Of a DNA stretch of 32,000 bases, positions 1 through 9,811 are shown piece by piece. Both the position numbers and the translations under genes were made by a program. Where the stretch lies: assembly GCF_003945235.1 (NCBI RefSeq), contig NZ_RSDW01000001.1, forward strand, positions 5,760,001 through 5,792,000. Reading direction: 5' to 3'. Source of the stretch: Edaphobacter aggregans. GTDB taxonomy: Bacteria > Acidobacteriota > Terriglobia > Terriglobales > Acidobacteriaceae. The notes below the pieces were generated by a model. The model was given only the letters and a program-made list of their open reading frames with translations, made no database searches and was not told the DNA's origin. Each line of letters begins with the position of its first letter. Positions within the stretch are counted from its first letter, which is position 1.

Positions 1-585
1 TGTGAATCTATAGGCAAAGCTGAGGAGCACGGAATACCAGAGTAAACCAAGCCACGTCCCTCTCACCACATCGCGTGAATTGACCCCACTTAGTCTAAAC
101 AGGCCGAGTCGCTCATCGAGCTATTCAAATCGATCGACGTCTTCGGCAAGTGATCGATAAACGGGCATCTCGGACAAGTGCCAGTGTGAACCGCTCGCTA
201 GGGGGGCGTGATTCTCAATCGGGCGGCAGGCTCACCTTTGAGTTGCGATAGACCAAGAAGTATCCTTCCACCCAGCCTTCAGAGCCGACAAGTTTCGGAG
301 GGAAATCTTTCAATATTTGCGAGGAAGGATCCGTTGATTCTGGTCTCGCAGTGCGAGACGCCACGTAAGTGCAGACCCAATTCGCAATCTAAGCGAAGCG
401 AACCAAACCTGCTTTCGCGATGCTTCTGTTGAGCTTCTTCAGTACTCTCCGCAGTGTGAAATGTGAAACGGAACAGCGTCTGCTAGACAGGCCTCGCCAT
501 CTCGTCTCGCCGTCTATAGTGTTTCTTCGGCTGCTATGACGCGCATTGTCGGCGCCAAGTCGTTTGAAGAACCCAATGGAGATGT

Positions 586-2513
586 ATGTACCGCACCCTG
601 GCAACCCTCGGAATCCTGTCTTTCCCTCCTGTGTTTTGGGCTCGAAGTACCGACTCGCAACCCGCGGTACGTCACGCCATCTCCATTCCCTACGAGGCAA
701 AGCGAGATGGCCTACTCACTCTTGTGGTCGAAGATGAGCATGGCAATCGTATTAAAAATCTGATCGCGGACTATCCAGTCCATCGAGGCCACAACACGAT
801 TGCCTGGGATGGAAGTTCTCTTGACGGCGTGGCTCTTCCTGGCCATACCACGTTCCATCAGCGAATCGTTCCGCACCTTCAGTACTCCATTTATTCTCCT
901 GGAGATCCTCCGTGGCCCACAGCCGATGGGACAGGCGCATGGCTTGCGGACCATACGGCTCCCGCCTCCGCGCTCTTTCTCCCGGAAGGAAGTCCCTGGC
1001 CCACGCACTCGACTCAGCCGCAAGTCTTGCTTGGTGCGCAGGCCGCTGAGGCCGGACATGCTCTGATGTGGACCGATCTGAACGGCCACAAGCTTAACGG
1101 TATCAAGATCCGCGGCTGGAACGGCGGCATTGCGCTGGCCCGCGATATCGGCGCCAATCGCAACCCTGACCACATCGCCTACACGGTTTATGTCGTTAAC
1201 CCCAGCCGCGACTTCGACAGGAGCGACCCGGGCGCGCTAAGGTTTTTGCGATTACGAAGTCTGGCTTGCGCCGCTTCAGAAGATGGTCGGCAGCATCCAG
1301 ACCCACGATGCCTTTCGCGAGCTCGTGGGCCTTGCCGCTGCGAATGGACTCCTTCTACTCTCGAATCCCGCGGCCGAGGAGATCATCGCTTTCGATGTAA
1401 GGAATAACGCCCAGGAGCCCTCGCAAAGATCAAGCTTCCACGTCTCGGTGCTCTCGCCTTCGAGCCTGACGGCCATCTGCTGGTTGCGACCGAAGGCGTC
1501 ATTACGAGATTCGCCGTCGTCAACGACTGGCACACACACTCTCGCTCGTACGCCCGCAGCTCGTCGTCGCTGCCTCGCAGCTTGAATCTCCCAAGCAGAT
1601 CATCGAGTGTGATGGTGAGATCTATATCACGGATTGGGGCTCGAGCCACCAGGTCAAGGTCTTCTCGGCCTCTACAGGCAAGCTGGAGCGTATCATCGGC
1701 CACACGGGCGGCCCGCGATCGGTGCCTACGATGAACAGCGCATGGCGCATCCGCTCGGCATGACGATCGACTCGAATGGTGTCCTCTGGGTTGCTGAAGA
1801 GGACTATCTTCCTAAGCGAATCAGTCGCTGGAATGCGAGGACCGGCCGCTTTCTCAACGCATGGTACGGACCCACACAGTATGGTGGAGGTGGCTTCGCC
1901 GACCCGCACGATCTCGACCGCGCTTACGATCCCTCAATTGGCAATCCGGGCGGCATGGGCCTGCTTGAGTTCCGTGTCGATCCTGCGACGCTATCGTTTT
2001 CCCGATCCGCTCAACGACATCATCAGCTATGGGGGTTATCCGGTGAAGCCGATCTTTTCCTCACGACATGATCCCTACGGGTTCGCATGGCGGTATCACT
2101 CCAGCGCAGACTTTCTACCGTGACAGCCGTCGGTACTTCACCGATTCTTACAATACGTACTGGTATAACCGGGTTCCCGTCACCACACTGTGAATTCTCG
2201 AAGACGGGGTCTGCCGGCCTATTGCGAGCGCCGGATGGGTAGGCCCCGTCGGCGGTGCGCATCACTGGGTCGCGCTCGATCAGCCTGAGAATCCCACCAG
2301 GAAATCCTGATGAAATTTTTCTTTGTCTGGACCGATCGCAATCACGATCACGCGGTCCAATCTGACGAGGTTCAGTTCCTGCGCCCTGCCGTTCCCGGCT
2401 CGGCAGGCGTTGTCTTCCAGCCCGACCTTTCCGTAATCAGCGGAGGCCCGAATCATCTGCCCATTCACCTTCAAGCCGCTGACGGCAAGTACGGCCCCTC
2501 CACCAACCCTTGA
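586..2513 (+). pseudogene. Decayed gene for a large FlgD-Ig-like / NHL-repeat beta-propeller protein (multiple frameshifts and an in-frame stop)
   Basis: Protein-like translation continues across the region only by hopping frames. Frame 1, 586 to ~1260: ...LTLVVEDEHGNRIKNLIADYPVHRGHNTIAWDG (FlgD-Ig-like). Frame 2, ~1283-1404: LLLLSNPAAEEIIAFDVRNN. Frame 1, 1408 to ~1530: GALAFEPDGHLLVATEGVITRFAVVNDW. Frame 3, ~1530-1715: IIECDGEIYITDWGSSHQVKVFSASTGKLERIIGHTGGP (NHL-like). Frame 2, ~1715-1990: MAHPLGMTIDSNGVLWVAEEDYLPKRISRWNARTGRF. Frame 1 carries an in-frame TGA at 2191-2193. Frame 3, ~2289-2513: FVWTDRNHDHAVQSDEVQF. The 5' boundary is uncertain. Confidence 0.6.
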
Positions 2514-3178
2514 CTAACACCGTCACTGTCACAAATTGACCGCATTAGCACGATGTTAGTGGTGACCTTAGCCTTTAGCCCGGCCGCCACTACAGGCCAG
2601 GTCTAGATAGGGCATCAGCGAACGATGCCGATCACCCGCAGTGCCCAGATGCACTTCCTGCGGTAGACGAATGCCCGAGTTGTGGGTTACCTTTCACGCC
2701 CCATCGGGCGGAGGACCGTCGCCAACAGCTTCATCGTTGCGTCCCGCTGAGGGGCACTCATCTGTTTTTAGGCTAATGTCACCACGAGGGACAAACCCTG
2801 TCAGAAAGTTCGACCATCGGGCTCTCTGCGGTGCATCTACATGCGGCTTTTGGTCTCTTTCTCTGCTATATCCGCCGGTTGTCTGCCTTAATAGCCGTGA
2901 CTTCATGTGCTGCCTGCACATAAAACCAGCGATTTGCTATTTTCAAATCACTTAATCTTTATTACAGTTGCATCAATCACTTAAAAGCAAAAGTAGGATA
3001 CGTTCAACGCCCGATCTTAAGTATTGCGTCGCATTTACGTCGCTGCTCAACCGTATCTGTCATATACAGCCTTCTCGATTTTCCGCGATCCAGTTCCTTT
3101 GGATTTGAAGTCTGAAGCGTTTCCAGCCGCACCGATCTACAAGACCTTACCTTCGTTCCGTCCTATGAAAGGAAATTG

Positions 3179-5863
3179 ATGAGCTTCTTAAAGCGCACAC
3201 GGTCGTGGTGTATCTGTTTTTGTCTACTAGTTGTCAGAGGGCATCTTCTGGCTCAGTTGCCCACTCCAGCATCCTTGCTAGGGCACACACCCGGTGACGA
3301 TTTCTACCTTGCCAACTACGAGGATGCGGTCAAGTACTTCCACGCTCTGGCTTCCAGCTCCGATCGTATGAAGATGTTTACCGTTGGTAAGAGTTCTCAG
3401 GGGCGGGATATTGAGGTTGGCGTGATCTCTTCGCCGCAAAATCTTGCCAGACTGGATGAGTACAAGAAAACGGCTCGCCAGCTGGCAACCTCGACCGATC
3501 TGAACGATGAGCAAGCGCATAAACTCGCACGCGACTCGAAGGTGATCGTGCATATCGATGGGGGACTGCACTCCTCCGAGGTCGCTGGTGGACAACACTC
3601 GATCGCACTAGCCTACAAGCTTCTCTCTGCCAAGAACGATCCAGAGATAGACGCAATTCTCGATAACGTCATCCTCGTGCTTTGGCCCACGTTGAATCCC
3701 GACGGTCAGGACATGGTTGTCTCATGGTATCGGCAGAATCTGGGAACGAAGTATGAGGTCGCTCCCATGCCGTCGCTCTATCAGGACTATGTTGGCCACG
3801 ACAATAACCGAGACGGATTCATGTTGAATATGAAGGAAGAGCAGGTTGTGGTTCGTACGGAATTGGAGTACAGCCCAGTCATCTTTTACTGCCAACACCA
3901 GACAGCGCCGTTTCCGGCACGCATCTGGATTCCCCCGTTTGCCGATCCGATCTCCAGCAATGTGAGCCCGTATGTGCGCAGTTGGTTGAATGTTATCGGG
4001 ACGAACATGGCGGCTTATCTGGATCAGCACAATATGCCAGGAGCTATCCATGAGTCGCGCTTCGATAACTGGTATGGAGGCTTCACTGACTGGGCCGGTG
4101 TCTTCCGTAATGAGATCTCCTTCTTCACAGAGACGGCTCTGTATCGGTATGCGACGCCCCGCTTCTATACGGTAGATGAGTTTCCGAAGGAGTATCAGGA
4201 TCTGCGAGCTCTGACCATGTATACGACACCCTGGGAGGGCGGATGGTGGCGTTTGCGCGACGCTGTCGACTATATGGTAGCGGGGTCGATGTCTGTGCTC
4301 GACTTGGCGGCAAAGAACCGTGAAGCACTGCTCTACAACCGCTATCAGGCGGCTCGGGACAATATTCATCGCACGGAGCCGCCGTTTGCTTATGTTATTA
4401 GCGATCGCCAGGCGGATGTTCCGGAAGCTGGGCTGTTAGCGGAGAAGATGATCGACAACGGCCTAGATGTCTATCAGTCGAAGTCTGGTTTCCGTGCAAA
4501 TGGAATTGAATACCCTGCGGGTTCCTGGGTGATTCCGATGGATCAGCCATACTCTGCCATGGCGAAGGAGTTGTTTGAACGGCAGGTATATCCAGCTGCT
4601 GCCACTGGAGCGACGGCCGCCGGAGCCCATCTGCCTTATGACATTACCGGGTGGACGCTGCCGCTGCAAATGGGGGTATCAGTCGATGCTGTCTCCGATC
4701 CTCTTACACAGGAACAGCGAGTGCTTTTGACCAAGATCGATCAGGTCAAGTTGCCGGAGGCTCAGACGATCGGCGAGGGTTCGATCTTCGCCGTTAGCCA
4801 CAAGCCGAACGCCTCGTTTCAGTGGGTGAATGCGGCATTGGCCCAGGGTGGAAGCGTGGCCATGTCTTCGGACGCAATCAAGACCTCGGAGGGAATGGAG
4901 CAGGGCGCATTTGTTGTCAGCGGACTCAGCCGCTCGGCTGTTGCTGGGCTCACGTCCAAGTTCTCCATCGGAGCAGTGTCGATGCCCGCAGCGCCAGCTC
5001 ATGCTATCCCGATTAAGAAAGCGAGGATAGGTCTCTATCGTCCGTGGAGCCCCTCTATAGACGAAGGATGGACGCGCTGGATTCTAGAAAACTACAACTA
5101 CGACACGAAGAGCATCTATAACGCCGACATGCGGTCAGCCGGGCTGCGCAACCGATATGACGTCATCATCATACCGGATATGAACAGAAACCAGTTGATG
5201 GACGGCTTTCATAAAGGGACGATTCCGGGCCAGTATGCTGGCGGCATCGAACAGGAGGGGCTGAATAACCTGAGGGAGTTCGTTCGGGCTGGGGGGACGC
5301 TGGTTGCCTTCAATCAAGCGGCTTCAAGCCTGATTCCATTGATGTCTCTGCCCGTTCGCAACGTCCTCGAAGGCCTTGGGAGCGACAAGTTCTATTGCGC
5401 CGGAGCACTGCTGCGTGTGGAGACGGAGCATCCCGAGATGCCGATTAACTACGGCGTTCCAGCTTCGCCTGTCGTCATGTTTGAAAGGGGGCCCGCGTTC
5501 GAGACGCTGCCTGGCTTCAAGGGCGCCGTGTTGGCGAAGTATCCCAAGCAAACCGACGCACTGGAGAGCGGCATGATTCTGCATCCCGAGGTGCTCCAGG
5601 ATAAGGACGCTGCTCTGGAGCTTGTCTACGGACGAGGACGCATCCTGCTCTTCGGTTTCAAACCGCAGCATCGGGCGCAAGCGCATGGCACGTATCGGTA
5701 TCTATTCAACGCATTGTACCTCTATGACAATCCGCCGATGCCGTCGGACCCGCCCTCCGCAAAGCCGGCACCGGCGACAACGACTGTAGCTAACTCTTCG
5801 ACAATCGCATCGGAGACCTCGACGGGCAGAAGGCAAGGCACCGCTACCGCCGCCCAACCTTAA
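3179..5863 (+). CDS. Secreted M14-family zinc metallocarboxypeptidase (paralog A), about 894 aa
   Basis: Long intact ORF. The N-terminus is a signal peptide (...CFCLLVVRGHLLAQ/LP). M14 motifs are present: HIDGGLHSSE (HxxE zinc site), VGHDNNRD (substrate-binding N-R) and a downstream His in YCQHQ. The protein is a paralog of the ORF at 19518-22514. An AGGA Shine-Dalgarno sequence lies 5 nt before ATG 3179; the ORF track starts at the in-frame TTG at 3176. Confidence 0.85.
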   Translation: MSFLKRTRSWCICFCLLVVRGHLLAQLPTPASLLGHTPGDDFYLANYEDAVKYFHALASSSDRMKMFTVGKSSQGRDIEVGVISSPQNLARLDEYKKTARQLATSTDLNDEQAHKLARDSKVIVHIDGGLHSSEVAGGQHSIALAYKLLSAKNDPEIDAILDNVILVLWPTLNPDGQDMVVSWYRQNLGTKYEVAPMPSLYQDYVGHDNNRDGFMLNMKEEQVVVRTELEYSPVIFYCQHQTAPFPARIWIPPFADPISSNVSPYVRSWLNVIGTNMAAYLDQHNMPGAIHESRFDNWYGGFTDWAGVFRNEISFFTETALYRYATPRFYTVDEFPKEYQDLRALTMYTTPWEGGWWRLRDAVDYMVAGSMSVLDLAAKNREALLYNRYQAARDNIHRTEPPFAYVISDRQADVPEAGLLAEKMIDNGLDVYQSKSGFRANGIEYPAGSWVIPMDQPYSAMAKELFERQVYPAAATGATAAGAHLPYDITGWTLPLQMGVSVDAVSDPLTQEQRVLLTKIDQVKLPEAQTIGEGSIFAVSHKPNASFQWVNAALAQGGSVAMSSDAIKTSEGMEQGAFVVSGLSRSAVAGLTSKFSIGAVSMPAAPAHAIPIKKARIGLYRPWSPSIDEGWTRWILENYNYDTKSIYNADMRSAGLRNRYDVIIIPDMNRNQLMDGFHKGTIPGQYAGGIEQEGLNNLREFVRAGGTLVAFNQAASSLIPLMSLPVRNVLEGLGSDKFYCAGALLRVETEHPEMPINYGVPASPVVMFERGPAFETLPGFKGAVLAKYPKQTDALESGMILHPEVLQDKDAALELVYGRGRILLFGFKPQHRAQAHGTYRYLFNALYLYDNPPMPSDPPSAKPAPATTTVANSSTIASETSTGRRQGTATAAQP

Positions 5864-5922
5864 AGAACAAAATTTTATTGCTGTTCGATTTCGAGTGACT
5901 TACTTTCCTGGAGGAACCACCA

Positions 5923-8900
5923 ATGATTCGAAAGCTTTTTGGCGTATCTCTTTGGGCGGTGCTGAGCGTTGCTGCTTTTGCACAGAATGCTACCACCTCT
6001 GTTCGCGGCATCGTCACTGACTCAAGTGGCGCCATTTTGCAGGGTGCCACTGTGACCCTTACCAATATGACGACGCACTTCTCGCAGAGACACCTTGTAG
6101 GGAAGGGTGGCGAGTATAGCTTTGTTGAGCTTCAGCCCGCCGATTATCTGATCACGGCTTCGGCTGAAGGCTTTGGCGCATTGGAGAAACAGACGCACCT
6201 GCTCGTTAGTCAACCTACGACGCTAAACTTTGCCCTTACGGTTGGTGCAACTGCACAGTCGGTCGATGTGACGGCCAATTCGACACTGAACTTCAGCGAT
6301 GCGACGATCGGTAACGCTATCAACAACGCGCAGATTGAGACGATGCCGATCGACTCCAGAAATGTCGCGGACCTGTTGAGTCTTCAACCTGGCGTTCTTT
6401 ATTTCGGTAACAACAATAGCGCCAGCAACCCTGCCGCGACGCAGGACAGTCGCCTAGGAGCGGTTGCTGGTGCTCGTTCCGACCAGGGAAACATCACGCT
6501 CGATGGTCTCGACGACAATGATCAAACCTTCGGCTACGCTTTTACAGGTGTTCTTCGGGCGACACTGGACTCGACCGAAGAATATCGCGTGACGACGGCA
6601 AGCGCGAACGCTGACTCCGGCCACTCCTCAGGGGCACAGGTGACCTTAGTCACAAAGGCGGGAACAAATCACTTTCACGGCAGCGCGTATGAGTACTATC
6701 GCAACCGATACTTCGCGGCGAACGATTGGTTCAATAAGAAGGCACAGGTGGGTGGCGGCGCTACGAACAAACCGCCTCAATTGACGCGCAATACTTTTGG
6801 CGGCACGATTGGCGGCCCGATTTTGAAGGATAAAGTTTTTTTCTTCTTCAACTACGAAGGGCAACGCACCAAGGAAGGCACAACCGTAACACAGGAGGTC
6901 CCAACAGCTTCGTATCGCGCAGGAAACCTACAGTACAAGGACACGGCGGGTAATACGCGGATTCTTACTCCCACGCAGGTTGCGACGCTCGATGCTCCCT
7001 GCTCCAATAACGGGGTCTGCCCCAATGGTCCGGGGCCGAACGCCGCGATGCTTGCTTACTTTGCTCAGATTCCAGTAGCTAACGGGTTGACGCTGGGAGA
7101 CGGACTCAACGAAGGCTCCTACACATTCGCTTCGGGCACTCCCTACACGCACAACACCGGTATCCTCAAGTTCGACTGGACTCCAAGCGCCCCGCACCAC
7201 GTCTTTGTGCGCGGCAATCTTCAGAAGGACGTGAGTAGCGCGGCACAGCAATTTCCAGGACTTCCAGCTTCGACTACAACGGAAGATAACACCAAAGGCA
7301 TTGCCGCCGGCGATACGTGGATCATCGGATCGCATATAGTCAACGACATTCGCTATGGGTACACTCGCCAAGGCTTCGGCACAGCCGGTGTGGGAAGCGG
7401 CAGTTACACAGACGTCCGCTTCATCGCGTCGCCGACGGCAGAGACGCGAACCACAATCCGTAGCGTGCCCGTTAACTCCATTGTCGATACATTGAACTAC
7501 ACGAAGGGAAATCACACTATCCAGGTCGGAGGAACATGGAGATTGATTCACAACAACTCGCGGACCAACTCTAACTCCTACAACAGCGGCAACACCAATC
7601 CACAGGGACTGACAACGAAGGGACTGCCAGATCCGTCGACTCTTCCTGGCGGCTACCTGCCCGTAGGGGGAAGCTTCAGTAGCAATTATTTAAATGCTTA
7701 TGCCAACCTTGTGGGAACAACACCCGTTCTGACGCAAAACATCAACTACTCGGTAGACCTGGGTGGAGCTACAGGATCGTTATTGCCGCAGGGAGCTTTT
7801 GTAACTCGTAACTTCGTCTCAAACGAGTTCGAGTACTACGCGCAGGACTCTTGGCGCGTCACCCCGAAGCTGACGATCACTTTTGGATTACGGCATAGCA
7901 TCCTGCAGGTACCGTATGACAAAAACGGTCAGTCTGCCGCACCGACTATTGACACCCACGCCTTCTTCCAGCAACGTGCGGCTGCCGCAGCTGTTGGCCA
8001 GGTATATGAACCCGCTATTGCCTTCGCCCCGAACGGTCCGGTCTACGGGAAGCCGGGATACTGGGACATGCAAAAGGCGAACCTCGCTCCTCGCGTTGCG
8101 TTCGCTTATGCCTTTGATAGCAAGACGTCAATCCGCGCCGGTGCTGGGATATACTATGACCACTTTGGCCAAGGAATCGTCAACGCGTTCAATAGCTACG
8201 GCTCGTTTGGGCTGGCAAGTCAGATCTCGAGCCCTCTGGGGCAGTTGACGGCAGAGAACTCACCACGTTTCGCAAACCGCACAACTCTTCCGAACCTTCC
8301 GATTGCAACTCCTGCAACTAAACAAACATTTCCGTTTGTGCTGCCACAGACGCTTGCCGCCGGGAGTACCTTCGGCGTCAGCTGGGGTGTAGACAACAAA
8401 ATCAAAACACCCTATTCGGAGGTTTTCAACGTGTCGGTTCAGCGCTCTCTCCCTGGCGGTTTCACAGTCGAAGCTGCATGGGTTGGGCGTTTTGGTCGTA
8501 AGCTCCTGCAGCAACTCGATCTTGCGACACCGGTGAACCTCCTTGATCCGAAGTCGGGTATGACGTACTTCCAGGCAGCGGCGCAATTAGCTGCCCTGGT
8601 CGATCAGAATGGCGGTAGCAAGGCGGCCAGTGTTCCATCAATCCCCTTTTTCGAGAACATGTTTCCTCAACTCGCCACCTCAACGGCGACTGCGACCCAG
8701 AACATCTATACGAAGGAGTTCGCGGTTTATCGCAAAGTATTGGGTGAAACCACTGCTCTTGCCGATATGGACTTTTACTGTAGCTATACTTGCCCGGCAG
8801 CCGCGCCGGCGAACCGCTTCTTCCAAGGCCAGTTTTCGTCGCTGTATGCCTGGTCCACTATTGGTTCCTCGTCCTACAATGCCGGCCAGTTCGTCCTTCG

Positions 8901-9648
8901 TCATCCAATAAGCCATGGTTTTCAAGGAGACCTAAGCTACACACTTGGTAACTCAATCGATATGGGTTCGGACGCAGAGCGGTCGAGCGAAAAACAAAGT
9001 GGGTCCGGAAGCTATATTACGAATGCCTTCAACCCCGCGCAATCGCGTGGTGTCTCGGACTTCGATACCCGGCATCTGATTACGGCGAACGGCTCCTACC
9101 TACTTCCCTTTGGTCGGGGTCAGGCCTTTGCGGGGAAAATCAACCATCTAACCGATCTCGTAATAGGTGGCTGGCGGGTTGCCTCGATCGTCCGCTGGAC
9201 AAGCGGGCTGCCCTTTTCGCTGACGGAGGGGGGCTATACGACGGACTGGGAGATTTCCAGCTACGGCATCAAGACCGGTTCCTTCAAGGCGAAGACCACA
9301 GCTAATCCAGGCAACGTTCCCAACGCTTTTGGCACGGCATTGGCTTCGCAAATCACCGGATCGATTAACACGGGCAGCCCACTGGAGCGTCTTCCTTATC
9401 CAGGTGAGGCTGGCCAACGAAACAATTTCCGCAGAGATGGATATTTCGGTGCCGATGCAAGCCTCATGAAACCGTTCAAACTCACTGAAAGTCAAAGCGT
9501 CCGCTTCACATGGGAGGTATTCAACTTAAGCAATTCCGTGCGCTTTAATGCGGTTAGCAATAGTCTGACGAGCGGTACCTTTGGGAATTACAGCTCGACC
9601 CTCACCACCTCTCGTCGTATGCAGTTCTCTCTTCGTTACAGCTTCTAG
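5923..9648 (+). CDS. TonB-dependent outer-membrane receptor with N-terminal carboxypeptidase-regulatory-like domain
   Basis: 1241-aa ORF with a signal peptide (...VAAFAQ/N). It opens with a CarboxypepD_reg-type sequence, SVRGIVTDSSGAILQGATVTLTN...YSFVELQPADYLI. A plug-like segment (IETMPIDSRNVADLLSLQPGV) follows, then a long beta-barrel region ending ...MQFSLRYSF with a terminal aromatic residue. A GGAGGA Shine-Dalgarno sequence is upstream. The gene starts 59 nt after the M14 gene. Confidence 0.9.
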   Translation: MIRKLFGVSLWAVLSVAAFAQNATTSVRGIVTDSSGAILQGATVTLTNMTTHFSQRHLVGKGGEYSFVELQPADYLITASAEGFGALEKQTHLLVSQPTTLNFALTVGATAQSVDVTANSTLNFSDATIGNAINNAQIETMPIDSRNVADLLSLQPGVLYFGNNNSASNPAATQDSRLGAVAGARSDQGNITLDGLDDNDQTFGYAFTGVLRATLDSTEEYRVTTASANADSGHSSGAQVTLVTKAGTNHFHGSAYEYYRNRYFAANDWFNKKAQVGGGATNKPPQLTRNTFGGTIGGPILKDKVFFFFNYEGQRTKEGTTVTQEVPTASYRAGNLQYKDTAGNTRILTPTQVATLDAPCSNNGVCPNGPGPNAAMLAYFAQIPVANGLTLGDGLNEGSYTFASGTPYTHNTGILKFDWTPSAPHHVFVRGNLQKDVSSAAQQFPGLPASTTTEDNTKGIAAGDTWIIGSHIVNDIRYGYTRQGFGTAGVGSGSYTDVRFIASPTAETRTTIRSVPVNSIVDTLNYTKGNHTIQVGGTWRLIHNNSRTNSNSYNSGNTNPQGLTTKGLPDPSTLPGGYLPVGGSFSSNYLNAYANLVGTTPVLTQNINYSVDLGGATGSLLPQGAFVTRNFVSNEFEYYAQDSWRVTPKLTITFGLRHSILQVPYDKNGQSAAPTIDTHAFFQQRAAAAAVGQVYEPAIAFAPNGPVYGKPGYWDMQKANLAPRVAFAYAFDSKTSIRAGAGIYYDHFGQGIVNAFNSYGSFGLASQISSPLGQLTAENSPRFANRTTLPNLPIATPATKQTFPFVLPQTLAAGSTFGVSWGVDNKIKTPYSEVFNVSVQRSLPGGFTVEAAWVGRFGRKLLQQLDLATPVNLLDPKSGMTYFQAAAQLAALVDQNGGSKAASVPSIPFFENMFPQLATSTATATQNIYTKEFAVYRKVLGETTALADMDFYCSYTCPAAAPANRFFQGQFSSLYAWSTIGSSSYNAGQFVLRHPISHGFQGDLSYTLGNSIDMGSDAERSSEKQSGSGSYITNAFNPAQSRGVSDFDTRHLITANGSYLLPFGRGQAFAGKINHLTDLVIGGWRVASIVRWTSGLPFSLTEGGYTTDWEISSYGIKTGSFKAKTTANPGNVPNAFGTALASQITGSINTGSPLERLPYPGEAGQRNNFRRDGYFGADASLMKPFKLTESQSVRFTWEVFNLSNSVRFNAVSNSLTSGTFGNYSSTLTTSRRMQFSLRYSF

Positions 9649-9663
9649 CTTTTCTCTGCTTCA

Positions 9664-9720
9664 GACTGTCCCTTGTTCTGCGATTTAAGCGCTTCGCACT
9701 CAGCGGAACAAGGGACAGTC
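9664..9720 (+). terminator. Perfect 15-bp inverted repeat (GACTGTCCCTTGTTC ... GAACAAGGGACAGTC) downstream of the receptor gene; possible terminator or attenuator or protein-binding palindrome
   Basis: The arms are at 9664-9678 and 9706-9720 and are read directly from the sequence. The 27-nt spacer contains its own small palindrome (AGCGCT). No T-run follows, so this is not a canonical intrinsic terminator. Confidence 0.4.
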
Positions 9721-9811
9721 CTGCTTCACTAACAAATGATTTGAATCGTCGCTTCTATCACTTTTAGGCATTCCAGTTTTCATCGCCAACTTGAGTAGGC
9801 AGGAGATCGAA

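Noticed and set aside
1-585. Short ORFs on both strands (208-432 +, 389-700 -) and a few protein-like snippets, such as minus-strand ...FPPKLVGSEGWVEGYFLVYR...
   Set aside because: There is no intact ORF with a start and Shine-Dalgarno sequence, and I can recognise no family. The region may be further degraded sequence upstream of the NHL pseudogene, but I cannot support any call from sequence alone.
2641-2955. 104-aa plus-strand ORF, and the 75-aa minus-strand ORF at 2694-2921, in the gap between the pseudogene and the M14 gene.
   Set aside because: There is no Shine-Dalgarno sequence and no recognisable domain. The composition is Cys/Arg/Pro-rich and odd, and the region drifts into AT-rich promoter-like sequence. 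It is treated as non-coding, though a small RNA cannot be excluded without expression data.
3722-4369. 215-aa ORF antisense to the M14 gene. Similar antisense ORFs lie at 6928-7551, 12057-12668, 14865-15491, 16310-16762, 19599-20222, 21837-22355 and 22804-23346.
   Set aside because: Each lies entirely inside a long, well-supported gene on the opposite strand. Their translations are Arg/Pro/Ser-rich, low-information sequences with no recognisable motifs. These are typical shadow ORFs of GC-rich coding DNA.
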